Virus record (IMG/VR): IMGVR_UViG_3300020200_003236
Location: 16,938-80,937 of that record
Origin: a virus
Taxonomy: Duplodnaviria; Caudoviricetes
Length of the DNA: 64,000 bases
Reading direction: 5' to 3' (one strand)
A program made the position numbers and the translations under genes. This document shows, one piece after another, positions 1-7,839 of this stretch. The notes under the pieces are model-generated. The model made no database searches. It saw nothing but the letters and a program-made list of their open reading frames with translations, and was not told the DNA's origin. Within the stretch, counting starts at the first letter, position 1. Each line of letters starts with the position of its first letter.

Positions 1-28
1 CTCCAGATTATTCACCGTTTAAACTTGC

Positions 29-616
29 TTAGCTGTTGCAAGCACTCTTGACAGAGACAAGAACTTGAACAGTTGTTGCTCCATCGGTTTCTTCAAAATT
101 TAACTTTGAAATCAATAGGTCGCCAGAGTTGAATACTTGTGTTTCGCCACTACCAATTGTAATTACAGCATCTCCTACGTCATTGATGCGGCAATCAACG
201 TCGTTAGCTCCCTTGTTGGTAATCTGTACGAATGTAGCGTAACCACCATTGTCGCCAAGAATATCGGCCTCGTTATTATCAAATTCACTACCTGAAGCTA
301 CAACTATGTTATAGACCCGTGGGAAGGTGTTCTCTTCCGACACGTCACTGTAAACCGAACCGTCGTCGGTTACAACTTCAATGAAGGCTTCGCTGAGTGG
401 AACTTGTGGATAGGCAAAACGCTTCCAGTAGTTGCAATCCGTGAAAGTGTCGCCGTCAAATAACTTTCTGTATTTCTTGCCTGGACCAGCTACATAAATT
501 GTACGCTGAATGGATGTTGTGAATTGGCTTCCTTGAGCGCCTTCAACACCTGCGTCAAAACGCTTGTCAAGCAAGCCTTGGGCTGTGTTGTTTAATTTTA
601 CTTTAAATACACTCAT
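29..616 (-). CDS. Hypothetical protein, possibly virion structural
   Basis: ORF 29..691. Start more likely at 616 (MSVFKVKLNN), preceded by AAAGGA on the minus strand. Last gene of the minus-strand structural run; no recognised motif. Confidence 0.55.
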   Translation of the reverse strand: MSVFKVKLNNTAQGLLDKRFDAGVEGAQGSQFTTSIQRTIYVAGPGKKYRKLFDGDTFTDCNYWKRFAYPQVPLSEAFIEVVTDDGSVYSDVSEENTFPRVYNIVVASGSEFDNNEADILGDNGGYATFVQITNKGANDVDCRINDVGDAVITIGSGETQVFNSGDLLISKLNFEETDGATTVQVLVSVKSACNS

Positions 617-815
617 TGCTATTGTTCCTTTGAATTTATTGACCTTATCTCTGCCTTTATATATTGTGTTGCTATTATATTTTGAAAACATCTAGGTTGT
701 AATAAAGGCTTTTGTATAAATTTCCACCAATTCCTTGCGTTGGTGCGAGGGCTGTAAATTCGTTTTCGACACCAATTACCCATGCTGCGGACTCTAAACC
801 GCCGTTGATTGCTGG

Positions 816-1271
816 TTACATGTTTTTTGAAATAACGTATTTTTCAACCTTTTCTATTTGTTCTCTACTTAACGATCTGGTGGGTGAGGCACCGAAAGGG
901 TAGATAGAGCAAAGGTTGCCGCCTTTGTTTTGTTTTGTTTTCAAGAGCAATTTTGGGATATGTGATTCTTTGAGTAATTCTTCGACGGGATGATTTTGCA
1001 TGTCGCAAAAAAGTTCTCTGGTGTAGCCATATCTTTCTTTGACATATTCATTTGCTTTGAGTGTTTTCGGTGAGTCTTCGAGTAAATAATAAGCGTCGTC
1101 TTTGCAAACTAAATATATTTCTATGCCGGGATAAATTTTCTCAATGCTCGGTCTTATAAGTTTGAGTTGCACCAAGTATTCATTGCAATTACCGACATAC
1201 ATAATACAGTAGCGATTCTTGACTTTTGCGTAAGCTGTTAAAGGAACACTCATGGAAAATGATTCTGACAA
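816..1271 (-). CDS. Hypothetical protein with weak glycosyltransferase family 9-like motifs; possibly truncated by an in-frame stop
   Basis: C-terminal CSIYPFGASPTRSLSREQIEKV resembles the GT9 'i.i.pga...K.w' segment. The frame continues past TAA 816-818 with LESAAWVIGVENE. Confidence 0.35.
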   Translation of the reverse strand: MSESFSMSVPLTAYAKVKNRYCIMYVGNCNEYLVQLKLIRPSIEKIYPGIEIYLVCKDDAYYLLEDSPKTLKANEYVKERYGYTRELFCDMQNHPVEELLKESHIPKLLLKTKQNKGGNLCSIYPFGASPTRSLSREQIEKVEKYVISKNM

Positions 1272-1390
1272 AATTAAATTGGCTAAAGAAGCAGGCCAGA
1301 TTTTTTCCGATCAATTCGGCACCGACGATATTTATAAGAGTATTTTATTCGAGGTTTTCCTAGAAGAACTCAAACTCACAAAGGAACAAA

Positions 1391-1765
1391 ATGCCACAGA
1401 AAGAAACCAAGGTTTGGATTTATCTGACGAAACGGGACAAGAGCGGAGTTAGATTTTTATCGCAATTCAGAGGCAAAGAGAAAGTACCCCCCACACGACT
1501 TAAAGACTTTGCAACCCTGAATTTGCCTTTCGCAAATAATCAAAAATTGACTGAAATTGTCTACGAATTGAGATTGGATTGGGAACCGTGGATAGAATCT
1601 GCGGATTCCTTTGATAATATCAAGGATAAAATAAAGAAGAGAGGATATTCCAACCTTCCGATTTCTTTTATCCCAGAGGTTGGTAGCAACAATATCACTC
1701 TAACGCCAGAAGTTTATACTTCAAATCTCAACAAAACAAAAATCATGACGAGGCGGCAGGTTTAG
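1391..1765 (+). CDS. Hypothetical protein
   Basis: 124-aa ORF preceded by AAGGA; fills the gap between minus-strand genes; convergent overlap with 1762..2079. Confidence 0.5.
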   Translation: MPQKETKVWIYLTKRDKSGVRFLSQFRGKEKVPPTRLKDFATLNLPFANNQKLTEIVYELRLDWEPWIESADSFDNIKDKIKKRGYSNLPISFIPEVGSNNITLTPEVYTSNLNKTKIMTRRQV

Positions 1766-2079
1766 TCTGGTCTTTTCACGAACATTCGGTGGATTAAAAA
1801 CTCGCCAGTTTCAACGCCTATTTTGAAATAGTGGCCGTCTACTTCCTTGATAACACCACCGTTTTCTTGGAATTCTTTGGCTACTTCTTTAATCTCTTCT
1901 TCGTTTTCCGCTTCTATGCGGTTCATGAGTTTCTTGATAGAAACTTTGGATTCAACATACATGCCGACTAGATTTTTGCGGTATGGAAATTCTTCTTGTT
2001 GATCTTCCATCCACTTTTTGAAATCAGCTAAATTGAATTGTCCAAAGTTATCTTCATGATTTCTTTTACTCATATTCAA
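1762..2079 (-). CDS. Hypothetical acidic protein
   Basis: 105-aa ORF tightly packed behind 2085..2936. Confidence 0.55.
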   Translation of the reverse strand: MNMSKRNHEDNFGQFNLADFKKWMEDQQEEFPYRKNLVGMYVESKVSIKKLMNRIEAENEEEIKEVAKEFQENGGVIKEVDGHYFKIGVETGEFLIHRMFVKRPD

Positions 2080-2084
2080 CCCCC

Positions 2085-2936
2085 TTAGTTGAAAAAGGAC
2101 TGTATCTCGTCCTCATTTATATATGCTGTATTTTCATATAACGGACCACTAGAATGATCTTTTACGTCTGTTTCGCTGTATTTCATAGATTTGAGCCAAT
2201 ATGCTGTCGCATCAATTAACCCATGAGCAATGTCTTGTTGTGGATACTGCCAGAGGCCGTTATGTAATTTTTCTGCTCCGGGTCGTTCCTGATCGAAACT
2301 GTCATCGCAGCAAAATAAAAGAACTTTTTCTGTCCCAAAATGATAACACAGTTGAAGTGCTGCACAAACAGGGTTGCGATAATCGTCTATTTGATACTTT
2401 ATTTTCTCATATATTCTTCCAGTATAACCATCTTCATTCACTGGACAATATTTATAGATGTTGCCTTTTTCTTTGTAGTTAAATAAGAACTCATAGTTGG
2501 TTCTGGTGGATGCTATGCACTTGGGTAATCCCCTGTTTTTGCGAGGCATAAATTTCATGCACTCATCATAAGGATTGTTCGTCAAGTAGTATGTCATGTT
2601 TTTCTCAGGCGCTTTCCACATTTTCAAGGATTGATTAACTCCGATAATGGCCACATCATTTGGAAGCATCTTCACCAACTTCAAGTGTTTTTCTGCAAAA
2701 TTGTATCCGTCAGAAATAATCACTACTTTATCATGATAAAAATTCTCGGTGTCTACCCAAGTATACCTTCCCAATGAATTTTGTATTTCATTTTTAAGAA
2801 ATACAAAATAATCGTTTTTGTTGTAGGTTTTGTTTATGTCGATATAAGGCACCCCATTTTTGGTAAAGTTCCTTACCCACATATTTTCTTTTGTCAACAA
2901 GAACTCATTCCCGTTGTTGTGCTTTTTAATTCTCAT
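2085..2936 (-). CDS. DUF115/MAF_flag10-like (Maf glycosyltransferase/MptE-like) protein
   Basis: KVVIISDGYNF...VAIIGVNQSLK...YYLTNNP and NPVCAALQLCYHFGTEKVLLFCCDDSF follow the DUF115 pattern (iivg.Gps / iavn.al / alqla..mG...iiliG.D.sf). Confidence 0.55.
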   Translation of the reverse strand: MRIKKHNNGNEFLLTKENMWVRNFTKNGVPYIDINKTYNKNDYFVFLKNEIQNSLGRYTWVDTENFYHDKVVIISDGYNFAEKHLKLVKMLPNDVAIIGVNQSLKMWKAPEKNMTYYLTNNPYDECMKFMPRKNRGLPKCIASTRTNYEFLFNYKEKGNIYKYCPVNEDGYTGRIYEKIKYQIDDYRNPVCAALQLCYHFGTEKVLLFCCDDSFDQERPGAEKLHNGLWQYPQQDIAHGLIDATAYWLKSMKYSETDVKDHSSGPLYENTAYINEDEIQSFFN

Positions 2937-2945
2937 ATTTTCTCG

Positions 2946-5900
2946 CTATTGAGGGTTGCATGGTACGATAGCCACACATTGCAGCTTCTCGCCCTCTCCT
3001 GTTAAACGATTAACATCTAATTGAATTTTTACTTCAATAGGAGCGCCCTTGTAGACCAATTCCACTTCCGGTTTATCTGGCATAACAAGTTTAATTTCTG
3101 ATGGAATTTCTCCAACCAAACTGATATTTTTGGGAATTCCCACAACCTGAATCTTGTCAGGTATTTCTGATGCATCCAATCTGATGGATTTGGGAAAATC
3201 TGGTGCCACTTCCAACATAATAGATCGAGGAATACTCGACGCATCAATTGGAATCGACTTTGGCAAATTCTCGGCAATCAATTTGATTTCCGTTGGGACA
3301 TTCTCGTTGATTACCTTGATTTGTTTTGGTATTGATACCGCATCAATGCTAATTGACTTTGGCAAATTTACTGGTTCTATTCTCACAAGAGTCGGAATAT
3401 CATGAATTACACGAATATCTGGCATATCAGGTGCCAATACTTTGATAATGGAAGGTATCCCTATATCACCCATGCTAACTTCAATGTTTTGATCGTCGTT
3501 GTGATCTGCTGCTCTAAATCTTGAAGCAAATGATCCACTACTACCCGGACACTGTATGCTAACCGTACAGCTACATGAAGGTGGCTCGCCCCAATTGACT
3601 GTTACTTCTGGTGGATCGCTAAAGTCAATTGTTGGAAAAGTCGGTGCTGGACCGAACTCAATCGTCGTTGAAAAAGTCGGTGCTGGACCAAAATTAATCG
3701 TCGTTGAAAAAGTCGGTGCTGGACCAAAATTAATCGTCGTTGGAATCGTTGGTGCTGGACCAAAATTAATCGTCGTTGGAAAAGTCGGTGCTGGACCAAA
3801 ATTAATCGTCGTTGGAAAAGTCGGTGCTGGACCGAACGTAATCGTCGTTGGAATCTCTGGTGCGTCACCGAACTCAATCGTCTCTGGGATCGTTGGTGCT
3901 GGACCGAACGTAATCGTCGTTGGAATCTCTGGTGCGTCACCGAACTCAATCGTCTCTGGGAAAGTCGGTGCTGGACCAAAATTAATCGTCGTTGGAATCT
4001 CTGGTGCGTCACCGAACTCAATCGTCTCTGGGAAAGTCGGTGCTGGACCAAAATTAATCGTCGTTGGAATCTCTGGTGCTTCACCGAACTCAATCGTCTC
4101 TGGGAAAGTCGGTGCTGGACCAAAATTAATCGTCGGAAAAGTTGGTGCTGGACCAAAATTAATCGTCGTTGGAATCTCTGGTGCGTCACCGAACTCAATC
4201 GTCTCTGGAAAAGTCGGTGCTGGTCCGAACGTAATTGTCGGGAAAGTCGGTGCTGGACCAAAATTAATCGTCGTTGGGAAAGTTGGTGCTGGACCAAAAT
4301 TAATCGTCGTTGGGAAAGTTGGTGCTGGTCCGAACGTAATTGTCGGGAAAGTCGGTGCTGGACCAAAATTAATCGTCGTTGGAATCGTTGGTGCTGGTCC
4401 GAACGTAATTGTCGGAATCGTCGGTGCTGGACCAAAATTAATCGTCGTTGGAATCGTTGGTGCTGGTCCGAACGTAATTGTCGGAATCGTCGGTGCTGGA
4501 CCAAAGTTAATCTTTGGAATCTCTGGTGCTGGACCAAAATTAATCGTTGTGCATAAATTCGGTGCTGGTCCGAACGTAATGGCCGTTGGAAAAGTCGGTG
4601 CTGGTCCGAACGTAATGGCCGTTGAAAAAGTCGGTGCTGGACCGAACGTAATGGCCGTTGGAAAAGTCGGTGCTGGTCCGAACGTAATGGCCGTTGAAAA
4701 AGTCGGTGCTGGTCCGAACGTAATGGCCGTTGGAAAAGTTGGTGCTGGACCGAACGTAATATCCGTTGGGATCGTTGGTGCTGGTCCGAACGTAATATCC
4801 GTTGGGATCTTTGGTACTGGGCCGAACGTAATGTCCGTTGGAAAAGTCGGTGCTGGTCCGAACGTAATGGCCGTTGAAAAAGTCGGTGCTGGTCCGAACG
4901 TAATGGCCGTTGGAAAAGTTGGTGCTGGACCGAACGTAATATCCGTTGGGATCGTTGGTGCTGGTCCGAACGTAATATCCGTTGGGATCTTTGGTACTGG
5001 GCCGAACGTAATGTCCGTTGGGATCGTTGGTGCTGGACCGAACGTAATATCCGTTGGGATCGTTGGTGCTGGTCCGAACGTAATTGTCGTTGGAAAAGTT
5101 GGTGCTTGTCCGAACGTAATTGTCGGAATCGTCGGTGCTGGACCAAAATTAATCGTCGTTGGAATCTCTGGTGCTTGTCCGAACGTAATTGTCGTTGGGA
5201 TCGTTGGTGCTTGTCCGAACGTAATTGTCGTTGGAATCTCTGGTGCTGGTCCAAATTCAATTACTGTTGGAATCTCTGGTGCTGGTCCGAACGTAATGTC
5301 CGTTGGGATCGTTGGTGCTGGTCCGAACGTAATATCCGTTGGGATCTCTGGTGCTGGTCCGAACGTAATGTCCGTTGGGATCGTTGGTGCTGGTCCGAAC
5401 GTAATGTCCGTTGGGATCGTTGGTGCTGGTCCGAACGTAATATCCGTTGGGATCGTTGGTGCTGGTCCGAACGTAATATCCGTTGGGATCGTTGGTGCTG
5501 GTCCGAACGTAATATCCGTTGGGATCGTTGGTGCTGGTCCGAACGTAATATCCGTTGGGATCGTTGGTGCTGGGCCGAACGTAATATCCGTTGGGATCGT
5601 TGGTGCTGGTCCGAACGTAATATCCGTTGGGATCGTTGGTACTGGTCCGAACGTAATGTCCGTTGGGATCGTTGGTGCTGGTCCGAACGTAATTTCCGTT
5701 GGGATCGTTGGTGCTGGTCCGAACGTAATATCCGTTGGGATCGTTGGTGCTGGTCCGAACGTAATATCCGTTGGGATCGTTGGTGCTGGTCCGAACGTAA
5801 TATCCGTTGGGATCGTTGGTACTGGTCCGAACGTAATGTCCGTTGGGATCGTTGGTGCTGGGCCGAACGTAATATCCGTTGGGATCGTTGGTACTGGTCC

Positions 5901-7169
5901 GAACGTAATGTCCGTTGGGATCATTGGTGCTGGTCCGAACGTAATGTCCGTTGGGATCGTTGGTACTGGGCCGAACGTAATATCCGTTGGGATCGTTGGT
6001 GCTGGTCCGAACGTAATGTCCGTTGGGATCGTTGGTGCTGGGCCGAACGTAATGTCCGTTGGGATCGTTGGTGCTGGGCCGAACTCAATCAACACAGGGA
6101 AACTTGGGAATTGTCCGAACTCAATCAACACAGGGAAACTTGGGAATGGTCCGAACTCAATCAACACAGGGAAACTTGGGAATGGCTCAAATGTAATGAT
6201 CGAAGGAATAACTGGAACATCCACAAATGTGATAATAGAAGGAATATCAATTGGTGGATCAAATGTTATAACCGATGGTATATTTATGTTACCTAGCGGA
6301 CCAAGATTGATACATGGCGTTACTAGGGGCGGCGGTTGTATTGTAAGCGACGGAGGAGTAATTACCGGAATTACTACAGGAGGAAGTTCTGGCAATTCTG
6401 GAATTTTTATTTCCAAAATTTCATTTTCTTCCCTAGATTTTGGCTCTGTTGATTCGGTTCTTTCTATTGGCGTTTGTATAATGGTACATTTCTCTGTAGT
6501 AATAGTTACTACAGGGTCCATTTTAGCGTTGGGTGCATATCTGTATGTGCCACTGGTGCTGGTTGTTGAGTTTCCGTCGCCAAAATCTAATCTAAAGCCT
6601 GTATAGGTGCCGTTGATTTGAATGTTATAGCTTGCCAGAATGCCAGCAGAAGGGCTGTCTTCATCTATAGAAAAGAAGAATGTTACGTCTGGGCATGTAA
6701 AGTCATCAAAAATAACACCCAGAGTTTGTAGGTTTCTAATTTTCCAATCAAGTGTTGCTTGTTCGGGAGTGAAATTTTCGCCAACAAAATTTTCAATTTT
6801 TAGAATAGCATCTACAAGTTGATTGTGGTGTTCGGCTATAACATAGCCTCTTACTTCAGAGCCAGTTTTGTTATATTTTGTTTGCTTGTTGCCTAAGTTT
6901 CTGGTACATTTTCTGAGTCTATTGACTTTTCCATGCTCGTTTTTGTCTACTGAGTCATAGTAGAACAATTCGCCTTCAATGTTGGCAAAACCATTGTTGG
7001 CCCAGATTTCAGCTTTATCTGAGGCCACTGCTTTAATTGGAATTTCTTCAGACCAAGGCAAATTATCATCGGTCGTGACTGTTTCTGATGTGTTGTAAAC
7101 CAAAAACAACGTATAGTCACTGTCATAATTTTTTGGGTATATTGGAACCGGAGGAAAATTATTTGCCAT
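2946..7169 (-). CDS. Putative virion appendage protein: fibre-type N-terminus, PKD-like domain and long Pro/Thr-rich repeat stalk
   Basis: 1407-aa ORF. IAEHHNQLVDAILKIE N-terminal motif shared with two upstream genes; LDFGDGNSTT...YRYA PKD-like motif; central (ITFGPAPTIPTD)n repeats. Confidence 0.75.
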   Translation of the reverse strand: MANNFPPVPIYPKNYDSDYTLFLVYNTSETVTTDDNLPWSEEIPIKAVASDKAEIWANNGFANIEGELFYYDSVDKNEHGKVNRLRKCTRNLGNKQTKYNKTGSEVRGYVIAEHHNQLVDAILKIENFVGENFTPEQATLDWKIRNLQTLGVIFDDFTCPDVTFFFSIDEDSPSAGILASYNIQINGTYTGFRLDFGDGNSTTSTSGTYRYAPNAKMDPVVTITTEKCTIIQTPIERTESTEPKSREENEILEIKIPELPELPPVVIPVITPPSLTIQPPPLVTPCINLGPLGNINIPSVITFDPPIDIPSIITFVDVPVIPSIITFEPFPSFPVLIEFGPFPSFPVLIEFGQFPSFPVLIEFGPAPTIPTDITFGPAPTIPTDITFGPAPTIPTDITFGPVPTIPTDITFGPAPMIPTDITFGPVPTIPTDITFGPAPTIPTDITFGPVPTIPTDITFGPAPTIPTDITFGPAPTIPTDITFGPAPTIPTEITFGPAPTIPTDITFGPVPTIPTDITFGPAPTIPTDITFGPAPTIPTDITFGPAPTIPTDITFGPAPTIPTDITFGPAPTIPTDITFGPAPTIPTDITFGPAPTIPTDITFGPAPEIPTDITFGPAPTIPTDITFGPAPEIPTVIEFGPAPEIPTTITFGQAPTIPTTITFGQAPEIPTTINFGPAPTIPTITFGQAPTFPTTITFGPAPTIPTDITFGPAPTIPTDITFGPVPKIPTDITFGPAPTIPTDITFGPAPTFPTAITFGPAPTFSTAITFGPAPTFPTDITFGPVPKIPTDITFGPAPTIPTDITFGPAPTFPTAITFGPAPTFSTAITFGPAPTFPTAITFGPAPTFSTAITFGPAPTFPTAITFGPAPNLCTTINFGPAPEIPKINFGPAPTIPTITFGPAPTIPTTINFGPAPTIPTITFGPAPTIPTTINFGPAPTFPTITFGPAPTFPTTINFGPAPTFPTTINFGPAPTFPTITFGPAPTFPETIEFGDAPEIPTTINFGPAPTFPTINFGPAPTFPETIEFGEAPEIPTTINFGPAPTFPETIEFGDAPEIPTTINFGPAPTFPETIEFGDAPEIPTTITFGPAPTIPETIEFGDAPEIPTTITFGPAPTFPTTINFGPAPTFPTTINFGPAPTIPTTINFGPAPTFSTTINFGPAPTFSTTIEFGPAPTFPTIDFSDPPEVTVNWGEPPSCSCTVSIQCPGSSGSFASRFRAADHNDDQNIEVSMGDIGIPSIIKVLAPDMPDIRVIHDIPTLVRIEPVNLPKSISIDAVSIPKQIKVINENVPTEIKLIAENLPKSIPIDASSIPRSIMLEVAPDFPKSIRLDASEIPDKIQVVGIPKNISLVGEIPSEIKLVMPDKPEVELVYKGAPIEVKIQLDVNRLTGEGEKLQCVAIVPCNPQ
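3625..6190 (-). repeat. Coding tandem repeat, mostly 36-bp units (some 33 bp), roughly 70 copies
   Basis: Plus strand repeats ggtgctggtccgaacgtaatatccgttgggatcgtt and variants. Copy number estimated from span divided by unit length; boundaries approximate. Confidence 0.95.
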
Positions 7170-7806
7170 TTATTTTGCTCCTATTTCCGGCACAATAATT
7201 GTCCGTTTGACTGTGACAATTGGGACAGCGAAATTCTAAATTTTCTTTCGTGTTATTTAGCCAATTTCCATCTTTGTGGTGAACATGTAGTTTAAGTGAA
7301 TTTCCACACCAACTATCTTTTACTGTACATCCAACTCTTTCGCATTTATATTCTCGACCAGAAGCAATTAACGCTCTTCGTAAAATATATGGAGTTTCTT
7401 TCCACTTCTTTTCTTTCTGATATACTAAAACATCTTCCCAAGAGCGACCTTTATAACCATTATGATTTTTCCCAGAGTTTGTTCTTTGTCCTGTAAAATG
7501 AGAAGTATCAATTCCGAAATTATTTATCTTTCTTTTTATGTATTCGTGAGTTCCACCACCATGTCTACAACCCAAAGCCTTTAAGACTTGAGCCATAGAG
7601 TGGCAATTGACAACTATTTTTGAAAGCAATTCTTTGGTATACTTTTCTTTTCCAAAATGAGAAACATCAATATTCCACTTGTTGATTAATTTGCGAATAT
7701 TGACTCTATTATCGACACTCGGTTCAAGTCCTAATTTTATTGCAATAACGCTCAAAGAATAAGACTCTTTTACGGCTTTTTCTAATTGTTCCTTTGTGTG
7801 TTTCAT
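7159..7806 (-). CDS. HNH homing endonuclease
   Basis: CERVGC...LHVHHKDGNWLNNTKENLEFRCPNCHSQT (HNH with Zn ligands), preceded by two similar N-terminal repeats ending in IDxSHF. Confidence 0.9.
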   Translation of the reverse strand: MKHTKEQLEKAVKESYSLSVIAIKLGLEPSVDNRVNIRKLINKWNIDVSHFGKEKYTKELLSKIVVNCHSMAQVLKALGCRHGGGTHEYIKRKINNFGIDTSHFTGQRTNSGKNHNGYKGRSWEDVLVYQKEKKWKETPYILRRALIASGREYKCERVGCTVKDSWCGNSLKLHVHHKDGNWLNNTKENLEFRCPNCHSQTDNYCAGNRSKINGK

Positions 7807-7839
7807 ATTTTTATCTATACAATGGGAAAGACATTTTCA

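Noticed and set aside
3556-6606. Long plus-strand and alternate-frame ORFs (3556..6606, 3602..5260, 5106..6296) over the repeat region
   Set aside because: They are stop-free shadows of a 36-bp repeat. Only the minus-strand frame has non-repetitive N- and C-terminal domains and operon context.
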